From Ostreococcus lucimarinus (taxonomy: Eukaryota), in the NCBI GenBank assembly GCA_000092065.1, contig CP000587.1: a DNA stretch of 64,000 nucleotides. One strand, written 5' to 3'. The stretch's first letter is position 1; the number at the start of each line of letters is the position of its first letter. The notes under the pieces were generated by a model, which saw only the letters and a program-made list of their open reading frames with translations, had not been told where the DNA came from and searched no databases. Positions 39,136-49,203 of this stretch are shown here, piece by piece. Made by a program: the position numbers and the translations under genes.

Positions 39136-42100
39136 ATGGAGGAGAACGAGGTGAAACAAGCGCTGGCGCTGCTGAAGGGGGCGCTGAAAAAACATCCAGG
39201 AGCGTTCGCGCTCGGGGCGGGGACGTCGGCGGTGAGGGTGTTCGCGAACGTCTTCGCGTTGTCGGCGGTTTCGGACGCGAGCGCAGAGTTTCACGAACAA
39301 GTGCACTCGGTGTTGTACGCGTTGATGTCCGTGGCGTCGAAGAGCGATTTGGTTGGGATGCATGAGTTGTGTAAGGGGTGCGTGGAGCTCGCGAGCGATT
39401 CGAAGAGGGTGTTGGAGTTGTTTCCGGGGAAGCGGTACGGGGGCGAATTCGGCGCGGCGGACGACGATTTCGAAGACGAAGCGAGTCGTGAAACGATCGT
39501 GTTGTGTTGCTTCGACACCGCGCTGGCGCACGTGAAGCGAAGCGAAGAGACGAGTGGGCGGAATGGTGAGGCGGGAACGAACGGTTTGTCGTCGTCCACG
39601 AGCACGGGGCTGATGATTGAAGTGCAGAGTTTGGAGTGCGCGATGAACGTCACGAACACGGCGTGCAAACTCTTGGAGTGCGCGTTGTTGACGAATCCTC
39701 AAAACGTCGCACCGTTAACGACAAGTGAGTTGTTGTTCACGCTCTCGCGCTTGCTCGTCATCGGCTCGCGAGACGTGCAGCTCTCCGCCGCGGCGGTGCT
39801 GAAGAATCTCATAGCGGACATTCCAATAGTGCTGGTGCCGTGCGACACCATTTTAGCCGCGATCGCAACGTTGCTCACGGGGCGATCGCTACGACGCGAC
39901 GATAAAGTCATTTTAGAGTTGGTATACGCGCTGAAAGAACTCGCGGGTGAGGATGTCTTGCGAAAGCACGTAAACGTGTTGGCGACGTCCATACTGACTG
40001 CGATCGAATCGGCGCGCGATGAATCCGTTCGCGCAGTCCTTTTCGACGTGCTTCGGATGTGTCTGTTGATGCGACCTTCGTTGGCAATCCAGGCAATAAC
40101 TCTGCTTCCTCATGCGGTGGCGACGAAAGGTTCAGACGCTTTGGTTGAATGCCTGGCGATGGCGTTTTCCAACGCGCGCGAGCAAGACGTCGACGACGAG
40201 GACGAGGTTGAAAAACGCTCCAGACTGAACGAAGGTGAAGGTGAAGACGTGCACACGGTGACGTTCGATTACGACACTCGATCGGAGTGGATCGAAAGTT
40301 GCATCGTAACGTCAATGGAGTTTTTAGGTGGCCCAGACTCTGCATACGCGAGAGAGGGCGGTGGCAGTCAGTTGCAACGTGCCGACTCAATGGAATTAGA
40401 AAACTCGCTTCGGGATTCCGCGCCGAGCGAGTACCAACGAATTTTAGCGATCTCGGTGATCGTGCGTTCTATCGCTGCATCAACGGGATCTATGCGTATT
40501 CGACGCATCGCCGCACAAGTTACGTATAAATGGCTCGGATGGATTCGAGCGTATGATGGCGACGCTTCGGACGCGCCAACGACGCGCATGTACGCGCTCC
40601 TCGCCGAGGCTGCGAACTGTCTAGTAAACGTTCAAACAGATAAAGAGAACAAGGCTCCACCACTGTTGAGCACGAAAGACATTTCTTTAGATATTTTGAC
40701 TTGGCCGTGGACTTCGATCGCAAAGAGAGACCCGAGCGCTCTGCTCGACGACGAGACGATTGAAGGCGATCGAATGGCGAAACTCGCCGCTCTTAATCTC
40801 GCAGTTTCTCTCGCATCATCGGAAACTTCGGGGGAAAAGGTGAGCTCTGAAGCAGCTCGGCAAGTTCTCACGAGAGCCTTTGCGGATCAGGATGCAGGCG
40901 TTCGCTCGTCAGCAGCAATTGCGGTGTCTTTCGTGCACGTCCTCGCGTCCAATCCGCCCTCGGGTATCGGCGCTTTGCAGCGTCTCAGCTCGTTGAAGGA
41001 TGCCAAAGAGATCTCAGTGCGGAATGCATTTGCGACCGCACTCGGGGGGCTCGCTGCCGCCGGGGTTTTGCATGGTATTCAGAAAGCTGCCGGAAATGAA
41101 GCGATACGCAACGCCGCGAGACTTCACGGTAACAGAGCCGTCACCGCGGCGTTCAAGACGTGCAGCCACGAACTTGGGAGCGATGAAGCAAAGAATGCGA
41201 TGAAACTTCTCGCAGACTCTATGCAGGCGTTTCATGAAGTCGTAAAGCGAGAGGTCATTAAAGCTGTGCACTCAATCGACGGTGATGACGTCGCCGCCGG
41301 CGCGCCAAAGACACCCGGAAAGTTTAACAGAAACAAACGACGTCTCACTGCGGGTACGCCAAATGCAAATAGGCAAAGGAGTGACGCGCAGAAGGCGCCT
41401 TCACTGAATGCGGCGTTGACTCTGCAAGATTTAAACAGCGCAGGACAGCTTGAAGGCGTTATTTTAGATCGTGCCGATCCAGACGGTTTGGTCGCCGCGA
41501 GCGGTTTGCGTTCGTTGCGCTACGTGTTTGAGATTTTCAGCGCGGCGGGAGATTTTACCGAAGATGGTGAAACATTGAAAGGTGCCCGTGCGCTCGCGCA
41601 AGCGGCGTTGAGAACTGCACATCACAAGTCGCCGCACGTTCGCGAAGCGTTATGCGAAGCGGCGTCTGCGATCGTCTCTGATGATATCTTGCTCGAGATG
41701 GCGCCGCCAAAGAATGAGCGTCCCGAGGATCGAAGGCGCAGTAGTAGTGCGGCGTTACTTCACGCGGAGGCTGTGGTTAACGCCCAACTCACGTCAGGTC
41801 TTCAAATTCTCCGCAACTTGAAGGAAAGCATAGACACTGCCCCAGATTCATTCATTAAGGAGTCCACGCTGCGAACGTTTGCCGCGGTGGCAGAAACTTT
41901 GACGATTCCGGGTGCGACTTCGGCAGCCGTCATCGTGTACTTCAAAAACATTATCGACATGGATCTCACCGCGCAAAACTGTGCGATTTACTTATTGCGG
42001 CGTCTTGCAAAAAAGCGTCAAGTTCGAACGAGAGAGTTATTGTTTGGCGTTCAGGACGTTGCGGCGCAAATTGGCACGTTACTTCCGCTTCACGAGCACT

Positions 42101-45100
42101 CCATAGCGACGCTCGCCGAACTAGCGAAGATGTCGCCGCGGCAGCTGTTGGAAGAAATTTTGCCTCTCTCCATGATGCGCCTGATTCGCACCGCGATCGG
42201 CGCCGGTAGCGAGAAGCAAGAAGATTTGTCGATTTTACAGGCGTACGCGCATTTGTTGAACAAGGACTTGCACCAGCTTGTAGCGGACTACAGTTACGAA
42301 GCCATCGCAGAGCTGATCAACCCAAGGACGCTCAAGCCTTTGAGTGAACAAGAAAGCAACGCGTTCAAATCCTTTTTGCAGAAGTACAGCAAGGATGATC
42401 TTTTGACGCTTATTTCCAATCAAAAGTTTTACATCATGAAGGCTCTAATCACACGAGCCGGTGCGGCGATGAAAGACGAACAAGAAGACATGATAACGTC
42501 CGCAGCAACCATGATGACAGTGTTCAAGGCGCTCGCCGACGCGGCGCAGTCGGATGCCCACGAGGTCAGTGATTTTTTCCGTCCTCACTTCACACGGATG
42601 GAGATGGTCTTGTTCGATAAAAGTGGTGATACGCTCTCACACAAGCGATATATTCGCTCATTGACCATCATGGTTTGGATCATCGGTAAACACTTGCCGC
42701 AATTCGCACCAAAAGTCATGGCGCATCTGGCGCACGCGCTCAACAATCCAGAGCTGCGTCGGACTGCGTTACAGAGCTGGAAAATACTCGTTCAAGTCTT
42801 GTCCGAGCGTCCTGCGCACTTGCAGCGTGCTGCTGATCAGATAGTCGTCGCCATGTTGCCATATTTGGACGCGAACGCGCAAAAGGATGACGAGCATGGC
42901 TCGGACAAAATCGCTCAAGCGAGAGCACTCGAAGACGCGAATCAAGCGGCGGCGGTGATTGACGAACTGGTCTTGCGGCGAGGAGACGTCATGCGAGGCA
43001 ATCTGGCTAGATTACCGATGTTACCTGACGTTCAGCGTCTAGAAGCCTCGAATGCGCGTATAGCACAAGAACGAGGTCTCGTGTCACTTCGCCAACTTCT
43101 CGGCAGTTTGACGGAAAGCCTGGCGGACGAATCTCTTGCCGTTCGCACCACCGCTTTGACTGAAATTCGGCGGCGCGTGAGCAATCCCGATAACGGGATG
43201 GAGATCCAGGGACTAATCCAAGGTGTCGAAGGTACGGCGGCAGACCCCATCATGAGTGCATTAGTTGCAGCGCTTTTGAAGTGTTGCGAAGGTGAAGGAT
43301 CGAGTGAGGCGTCTCGTCGCGTTCAACGCGCTGCGGCGCAGTGTTTGAGCGAACTCGGCGCGATCGATCCAGGTCGTTTGCTCATCGCTTCGCAACAAGT
43401 ACAAGCGCTTAACAGTGAGTCAATCACGGTTGCAAGTATTCTGCTTGTCGATCATCTCGCGCGAACTGTGCGCGGGGCGAACGATTCAGATATGCTCGAT
43501 GCCGCAGCGTACGCGGTTCAGTGCGTGCTCATTCACGTCGGTTGCCGCCCAGAAAGCGTGGATGAGGACGATGCAGTTGGTCTTGAACTTCCCAAAGGGC
43601 ACAGCGCTGACGGCATTGAGTTTTGGGAATCATTACCCGATGAAGCTCGCGTGGTATTGGCACCATGCCTGACATCCATGTATTCCATCAGCGGCATGAG
43701 CAAGGAATCCAACGTCAAGCAGAGGCCACTGTACGGTAGCCCGACTGCAGGAACCACTTTCAACAAGTGGATCGTGTTTTGGTGCCGAACACTCGCGCTC
43801 GAAGCGTCTGGCGAAAACGCTCCGTTGTTCAAGGCAGCAGTTAGCGTATTTCGTCACGATATTCGTATCGCTTTGTTTCTTCTACCATACATGGTACTCG
43901 ACGCAATTCTTGACAATGAAGAACGCAAAAACGAGGTGTACTTGGAGATCGTCGCTGCTTTGACCGATGCTGCGGGTGGAGATCGCGCGAGCGAAGATCA
44001 GAACTTTTCAGGATCGAGTACGTCTCATGGTCGCACTGAACTCGCCGCGCAGACGATATTCTCTCTACTCGATCAACTTAAAGGTTGGGCCGATGCACAG
44101 CAAGACGCTAGCGGTGTCAATCCTGTGCATAGCTTGATGCGCGACTTGTCCTTCACACTTCTTGCCAAGGCTGCGCAAAGGTGCGGTGCAAGTGCACGGT
44201 CGCTGATGTACTTTGAAGATTATTTACGGTCGAATAAGATGGTGTTGAATCAAGCTACGTGCGTGAAGCAGCACGACATCATGGACGTCGACGTGAGCTT
44301 CTTGGCGACGATTTATCAAGGCTTGGCTGAACCAGACGCGCTCGTATCAATTCCGCGCTTGCGCGCCACACCTCAACCTGAAGATCAGCTCTTACAGCAC
44401 GAAGAAGCTGGAGAATGGGAAGAGGCATTGGTACATTACGAAAGCGCCTTGCAGCGCGGCGAAGAGCCCATGAATAATCTCGGCATTTCTGTCGCTGAAT
44501 GGGGACGCTTGCGGTGCCTGCAAGGCTTGGGGCATCTTCGAACTGTACAGCGCGAGGTTGAAAACCTGATTCGAACGCGCCCTGACGCCCCACCGACGTT
44601 GGCCGAGGCTGGCGCCGCCGCCGCTTGGCGACTTGGCCAATGGGACGATCTGGACTCGCTTTTAGGGAAGATTGATTCTGAAAATTCAAGTCACGTCAAC
44701 AGCGGAATGAAGCGCTCGCACAGGCAGATGCATGTTGCACCATCGGCGCTCACACCCAGTGGAATGCCACTGACGGTCGGAGTGGGTACTCAATTAAATG
44801 CCGATGTCCCGCAACTAAGCGCAGATGCCGCCATAGGGCGTGTCCTCCTCGCTTTGCACAAGAACGACGGTCACGCGTTTCAGGTGGCGTGCGCATCGGC
44901 ACGGGACGCACTCATTACACCTCTCCGCGCGGCGTCGATGGAAGGGAGTTACTTACGCGCACACGCCGCTTTGGTTCAATTGCATTTACTTCAAGAAGCC
45001 GAGTCTTCGTACAACGCCGTAGTTTTGACAGAAGAAGCCCGTAAGGCTGCCGCAGCCGCGAAGACGCGCATACCGACAGATTCGTCAGATATTCCGCTCT

Positions 45101-47466
45101 GCGCGGTGAAAGAATTTCAGTTTTGGCACGACCGACTCGATCGCACGCCTCCGAACGTCGCCACTCGAGAGCCTATATTGGCTTTCCGTCGCACGATTTA
45201 CAAGCTTCTCGGCGCAAAATTGGCGGCGTCGAAGACTTGGTTGGAGCAAGCCAAGGTGGCGCGAAGCGCAGGACACTACGGCGCCGCGCAACTCGCGTTA
45301 TTGGAAGCGCGTTCGGAGATTGGAATGTCCCTGCCCCTCGCATTGGAGCAAGCCAAGCTACTCTGGGCCGGGGACAGTCACCAACGTGCCGTGTTGGAAA
45401 TCGAAGAGGCTTTGAAGGATCAAGACGCCGTTGCGGCGCATCCCGAACACGCCGCCAAGGCTGTTTTGCGATTGGCGCGATGGGCTACCGTCACCGGTCA
45501 AAAGCAAAAGAAAGAGATTCTCACGCTCTACGCGAGTGTTATTAAAAGTCATAAGAGCTGGGAAAAATCTCATTTCCACGTCGCTCGATACATGGATGAG
45601 TGGATGAAGGACGCGACGAAGAGAGAGCTCAACGGCGAAATCGGCGCAAATTTGCCCGCCTCAGTCCGACGGAAAGGCATAGGTGGCGATGACGAGGAAG
45701 CGATCGACCTCTTGAGTGAAACTGTGCGCGAGTACGGGGCGAGTATAAAATATGGTCATAGGCACATTTACGAATCACTCCCACGCATGTTGACGCTTTG
45801 GTTCGACATCGGCGACAGAGTGTACGAGGCGGAGGCGGAGGGCATGGAGAATCGAAATTCAGCAAAGCTTAAGAAAGTGTTTGCCGAAGTTTTGTTCGCC
45901 ATAAACACCTTTTCTGATCAGCTGCCGCTGTACAAATGGCTCACAGCTCTTCCTCAGCTTACATCAAGATTGGCGCACAACGATAGAAAGGTGCGAGAGC
46001 TGGTGCAAACGCTCGTGACTCGACTCCTCATCAACTACTCTGATCAAGTCTTGTGGGCGCTCGTACCGATGGCTCGTTCGCGCGACGCAGTTCGCGCGAA
46101 GAGCGCCAAGGATGTGCTTACGAATGCAAAACATGGAAAGCAAGACAAGACGGGCATGCGTGCTGACCGAGAGCTCATAAATCAGTTTGCCCTTGTGGCT
46201 GATCAACTCGTCAAACTGTGCAATTACGCGCCGAAGACGCAAGCAAAGAATGGTCGACCTCCTAGGACCTTCAGCTTGATGAAAACCTTCCCCGATCTCG
46301 CCGCCCTCATGCCGACTCGAGTGATGATTCCCGTGCAGAAGTCGCTCACGGCGACGCTTCCGCCGGCTGGCACGAACCCGACGGATCACAGACCGTTTCC
46401 GCCCGGCACGGCGACGCTCTTCGAGTTGGGCGACGCCGTATCGGTGCTACCTTCGTTGCAAAGACCGAAGAAGCTCACGATGCTTGGAAGTGATCGGGAA
46501 AAATATGCATTCTTGTGTAAGCCCAAGGATGACCTTCGTAAGGATTTGAGAATGATGGAGTTTACCACGATGTTGAATCGCTTGCTGGCGCGAGACGCCG
46601 AGAGTCGCAAACGCAGACTGTATCTCAGAACGTTTAGCGTCATCCCGCTCACCGAAGATTGCGGTATCATCGAATGGGTGCCGAACACCACTGGCTTTAG
46701 ACACATTATTCAAGGTTTATACGCAGACGACGGGCTGTACCACAAGAACTCTCACACAGAGGTGAAGGAACTTTACGAAAAATGCAAAGGCCGCAACCCG
46801 ACGTCTTGGTCTCGAGAAGTTTTGAGTCGACACCCACCCGTGTTCCATCGCTGGTTCTTAGAACGTTGGAAAGAACCCGCGGCTTGGTTCACCGCTCGTA
46901 CTGCGTTCGCGCACACTGCGGCGGTATGGAGTATGGTCGGCCACGTCGTCGGCTTGGGCGATCGACACGGAGAAAATATTTTGTTTGATTGCAAAACGGG
47001 TGACGCCGTGCACGTCGATTTCGCGTGCTTGTTCGACAAAGGTTTAGAATTAGAAATGCCCGAGCGCGTTCCTTTCAGGTTGACGCAAAATCTCGTCGAC
47101 GGTCTCGGCGTCGGTGGTTACGAAGGCGTGTTCATGCGAGTGTGCGAGATTACGCTCACCGTCTTGCGTTCGCATCGCGAGGCGCTCATGAGTGTCCTCG
47201 AAACCTTTGTGCACGATCCTTTGGTAGAATGGACGAAGAGTTCGATTCGCGACGCTTCGCGTGGTGGACGTTCAACGTCGTCGTCCACGCGTGGCAAAGA
47301 CGCGCTCGAAAAGATTCGTTCGAGACTCGAAGGCGTCGTCGTCGGCGTCGGCGCCGCGCCGTCGTTACCGCTGAGCCCGTCGGGACAAGCGCGACGTTTG
47401 GTCGAAGAAGCCGTGTCGCTCTCAAATCTTGGCTCGATGTACATCTGGTGGATGGCGTGGCATTAA
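39136..47466 (+). CDS. ATR: ATR/Mec1-family PI3K-related protein kinase (FAT, kinase and FATC domains); intronless 8.3-kb ORF
   Basis: The ORF is open from 38755, but the first 127 codons are Arg-rich junk. ATG at 39136-39138 (MEENEVKQALALLKG...). Kinase catalytic loop GLGDRHGENILFD, DFACLFDKG, and C-terminal FATC (..LSNLGSMYIWWMAWH*). Stop at 47464-47466. Confidence 0.9.
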   Translation: MEENEVKQALALLKGALKKHPGAFALGAGTSAVRVFANVFALSAVSDASAEFHEQVHSVLYALMSVASKSDLVGMHELCKGCVELASDSKRVLELFPGKRYGGEFGAADDDFEDEASRETIVLCCFDTALAHVKRSEETSGRNGEAGTNGLSSSTSTGLMIEVQSLECAMNVTNTACKLLECALLTNPQNVAPLTTSELLFTLSRLLVIGSRDVQLSAAAVLKNLIADIPIVLVPCDTILAAIATLLTGRSLRRDDKVILELVYALKELAGEDVLRKHVNVLATSILTAIESARDESVRAVLFDVLRMCLLMRPSLAIQAITLLPHAVATKGSDALVECLAMAFSNAREQDVDDEDEVEKRSRLNEGEGEDVHTVTFDYDTRSEWIESCIVTSMEFLGGPDSAYAREGGGSQLQRADSMELENSLRDSAPSEYQRILAISVIVRSIAASTGSMRIRRIAAQVTYKWLGWIRAYDGDASDAPTTRMYALLAEAANCLVNVQTDKENKAPPLLSTKDISLDILTWPWTSIAKRDPSALLDDETIEGDRMAKLAALNLAVSLASSETSGEKVSSEAARQVLTRAFADQDAGVRSSAAIAVSFVHVLASNPPSGIGALQRLSSLKDAKEISVRNAFATALGGLAAAGVLHGIQKAAGNEAIRNAARLHGNRAVTAAFKTCSHELGSDEAKNAMKLLADSMQAFHEVVKREVIKAVHSIDGDDVAAGAPKTPGKFNRNKRRLTAGTPNANRQRSDAQKAPSLNAALTLQDLNSAGQLEGVILDRADPDGLVAASGLRSLRYVFEIFSAAGDFTEDGETLKGARALAQAALRTAHHKSPHVREALCEAASAIVSDDILLEMAPPKNERPEDRRRSSSAALLHAEAVVNAQLTSGLQILRNLKESIDTAPDSFIKESTLRTFAAVAETLTIPGATSAAVIVYFKNIIDMDLTAQNCAIYLLRRLAKKRQVRTRELLFGVQDVAAQIGTLLPLHEHSIATLAELAKMSPRQLLEEILPLSMMRLIRTAIGAGSEKQEDLSILQAYAHLLNKDLHQLVADYSYEAIAELINPRTLKPLSEQESNAFKSFLQKYSKDDLLTLISNQKFYIMKALITRAGAAMKDEQEDMITSAATMMTVFKALADAAQSDAHEVSDFFRPHFTRMEMVLFDKSGDTLSHKRYIRSLTIMVWIIGKHLPQFAPKVMAHLAHALNNPELRRTALQSWKILVQVLSERPAHLQRAADQIVVAMLPYLDANAQKDDEHGSDKIAQARALEDANQAAAVIDELVLRRGDVMRGNLARLPMLPDVQRLEASNARIAQERGLVSLRQLLGSLTESLADESLAVRTTALTEIRRRVSNPDNGMEIQGLIQGVEGTAADPIMSALVAALLKCCEGEGSSEASRRVQRAAAQCLSELGAIDPGRLLIASQQVQALNSESITVASILLVDHLARTVRGANDSDMLDAAAYAVQCVLIHVGCRPESVDEDDAVGLELPKGHSADGIEFWESLPDEARVVLAPCLTSMYSISGMSKESNVKQRPLYGSPTAGTTFNKWIVFWCRTLALEASGENAPLFKAAVSVFRHDIRIALFLLPYMVLDAILDNEERKNEVYLEIVAALTDAAGGDRASEDQNFSGSSTSHGRTELAAQTIFSLLDQLKGWADAQQDASGVNPVHSLMRDLSFTLLAKAAQRCGASARSLMYFEDYLRSNKMVLNQATCVKQHDIMDVDVSFLATIYQGLAEPDALVSIPRLRATPQPEDQLLQHEEAGEWEEALVHYESALQRGEEPMNNLGISVAEWGRLRCLQGLGHLRTVQREVENLIRTRPDAPPTLAEAGAAAAWRLGQWDDLDSLLGKIDSENSSHVNSGMKRSHRQMHVAPSALTPSGMPLTVGVGTQLNADVPQLSADAAIGRVLLALHKNDGHAFQVACASARDALITPLRAASMEGSYLRAHAALVQLHLLQEAESSYNAVVLTEEARKAAAAAKTRIPTDSSDIPLCAVKEFQFWHDRLDRTPPNVATREPILAFRRTIYKLLGAKLAASKTWLEQAKVARSAGHYGAAQLALLEARSEIGMSLPLALEQAKLLWAGDSHQRAVLEIEEALKDQDAVAAHPEHAAKAVLRLARWATVTGQKQKKEILTLYASVIKSHKSWEKSHFHVARYMDEWMKDATKRELNGEIGANLPASVRRKGIGGDDEEAIDLLSETVREYGASIKYGHRHIYESLPRMLTLWFDIGDRVYEAEAEGMENRNSAKLKKVFAEVLFAINTFSDQLPLYKWLTALPQLTSRLAHNDRKVRELVQTLVTRLLINYSDQVLWALVPMARSRDAVRAKSAKDVLTNAKHGKQDKTGMRADRELINQFALVADQLVKLCNYAPKTQAKNGRPPRTFSLMKTFPDLAALMPTRVMIPVQKSLTATLPPAGTNPTDHRPFPPGTATLFELGDAVSVLPSLQRPKKLTMLGSDREKYAFLCKPKDDLRKDLRMMEFTTMLNRLLARDAESRKRRLYLRTFSVIPLTEDCGIIEWVPNTTGFRHIIQGLYADDGLYHKNSHTEVKELYEKCKGRNPTSWSREVLSRHPPVFHRWFLERWKEPAAWFTARTAFAHTAAVWSMVGHVVGLGDRHGENILFDCKTGDAVHVDFACLFDKGLELEMPERVPFRLTQNLVDGLGVGGYEGVFMRVCEITLTVLRSHREALMSVLETFVHDPLVEWTKSSIRDASRGGRSTSSSTRGKDALEKIRSRLEGVVVGVGAAPSLPLSPSGQARRLVEEAVSLSNLGSMYIWWMAWH

Positions 47467-47500
47467 GAAGACTCAGTAAGAAGTAGTAGCTTAGTATTCG

Positions 47501-47505
47501 TGTAA
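47501..47505 (+). terminator. candidate poly(A) signal TGTAA 35 nt downstream of the ATR stop in an AT-rich 3'UTR (gtaagaagtagtagcttagtattcgtgtaagattaatag)
   Basis: tgtaa at 47501-47505. Local drop in GC. Confidence 0.4.
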
Positions 47506-47594
47506 GATTAATAGCCGGATAAGTAGTAAGACAGTGGTTGGCGACGCGCGCCGCCGAGCGCTAAAATTGGTTCAAGTGCGTCGATCGCATCGCA

Positions 47595-48158
47595 TTAATA
47601 CCGACGATCGTACGGCGGGAAATCGTCGTCCTCGCCATCGTCGCGTCGATCGTCCGCGTTCTCCGCGAACTGCGACAAGAATCCCAAAACCGTATTCGCG
47701 ACGAAGAACAAAAACATCAAGTTGAACAGGAATCCCATCCCCCCGAACCCGAATCCGAACCCGTACATCGGCATGATCGGCATCGGCATGAACACGGAGT
47801 TATACCCGTACCCGTACCCTCCGATCGGCGGCGCCGCGCGGCTCTGCGCGCTCATCCTCGGCGACGCTCGCGACCGGCTCGACGCTCGAAAGCTCCCGCC
47901 GCCCACGCGTCCGCCGCTTCTCGCCGCCTCCGCCTCGTCCGCGTCGATCGCTCCCGTCACCAGCACGCTCGCCGCCACGAGCGCCGCCAACGGCGCGTTC
48001 AGCGTAAACGTCGCCTCCTCCTCGCGCTTCGTCCCTCGCGCCGTCGTTCGCATCGTCCTTCGCGTCGTCGTCGTCGTCGTCGTCGTCGTCTTTCGCATCT
48101 TCTCCTTCGTCGTCGTCATCTTCACCAGCGGCGTCGTCATCGCACCGCGCATCATCAT
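47595..48158 (-). CDS. candidate small membrane protein with N-terminal hydrophobic segment and C-terminal Gly/aromatic 'glycine-zipper' segment; start uncertain
   Basis: ..ATFTLNAPLAALVAASVLVTGAI.. and ..GGYGYGYNSVFMPMPIMPMYGFGFGFGGMGFLFNLMFLFFVANTVLGFL... The N-terminal poly-Thr is encoded by a (gtc)n microsatellite at 48063-48090 and is likely not native. Confidence 0.3.
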   Translation of the reverse strand: MMMRGAMTTPLVKMTTTKEKMRKTTTTTTTTTRRTMRTTARGTKREEEATFTLNAPLAALVAASVLVTGAIDADEAEAARSGGRVGGGSFRASSRSRASPRMSAQSRAAPPIGGYGYGYNSVFMPMPIMPMYGFGFGFGGMGFLFNLMFLFFVANTVLGFLSQFAENADDRRDDGEDDDFPPYDRRY

Positions 48159-48538
48159 CGTCGCGCGTCGCGCGTCTTCGAGAGGTGCGTGTTTTTATTC
48201 GCGCGCGCGCGTCGTCGTCGGCGTCGCGTCGTCGGCGTCGTCGTGTGTCGCGTCGCGCGCGCGATCGGCGTCGGGACACGTCATCGGGTCCGTGTTCTTA
48301 ATGTTCGCAGAGTTCATTCGATTGAATGCACGCAATCGCGCGAACGAGTCGAAATTCAACACCCCGACGCGCCGACGCGTCGCATTTCGCGAACCCTGCG
48401 TGTTCTCGTGCGCGATATTTTAGTCCGTGTGCTAATTGTTAATTATTAATGATGATGCATACGTGGCGCGCGCGGGCGGGCGTCGCGTGGGATGGAACGT
48501 CGCGGCCGATTCGAGACGTCGGAGGATGTCGAGTGATT

Positions 48539-49015
48539 TCACGAGTGCACGCTGACGGCCTGCGTGCGATCGAGCAAGGGATGCACGATCGCGTACACCA
48601 AATCCACCGAACACGTGAACAGCACCAACGCCGCGTACAGCACGACGATCGACCTCGAATCGTCCACGCGCAAGTCGCCGTCGAAGTCGACGCGTCGGCA
48701 CGCGTCCACGCGCCTCCGGTGCAGCACCGCGAGCTCGATCGCGGCCAAGATGCAAGATCCGTAGATGATCGCCCCGAACGCGATCGGCACCTTGCCGCCG
48801 CGGCCGACGGCCGTTAATCCGACGCCCGTCAGCGTCATGACGCCGAGAAAGTTGAGCGAACTGTAAAACGTGCGCTCGAGCGCGAGCAGCGTCACGGCGT
48901 CGCAGCTCGCGCGGACGTCGCCGTCGTCGTCATCGCCGCGAATCGCGCGTTTCGCCTTGCCGAACGACCGAATCATCGCTCGTCGCGCGCGCGTCCGAGT
49001 GCGCGCGCGCGCCAA
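48539..49015 (-). CDS. DUF202 (YidH-like) small membrane protein
   Basis: 158 aa. LALERTFYSSLNFLGVMTLTGVGLTAVG matches the DUF202 N-E-R-T-F-L-A-W-x-R-T motif, followed by two further TM helices. Confidence 0.45.
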   Translation of the reverse strand: MARARTRTRARRAMIRSFGKAKRAIRGDDDDGDVRASCDAVTLLALERTFYSSLNFLGVMTLTGVGLTAVGRGGKVPIAFGAIIYGSCILAAIELAVLHRRRVDACRRVDFDGDLRVDDSRSIVVLYAALVLFTCSVDLVYAIVHPLLDRTQAVSVHS

Positions 49016-49203
49016 TCGTCATTTAATTCTCATGCGCCCGCGCGTCGATCCAGATCGCGCGCGCACTGATCCCTTAACGATGCATCATTATACGTACTCA
49101 TAATGCGTATAATGATGTATCGTAGTGCTATCCGTCTGCATCTCGACGACGTCCCGGCGCCCGCGGCGGCGCGCCGCGCACCGCGACGCGACGACGGGCG
49201 ACG

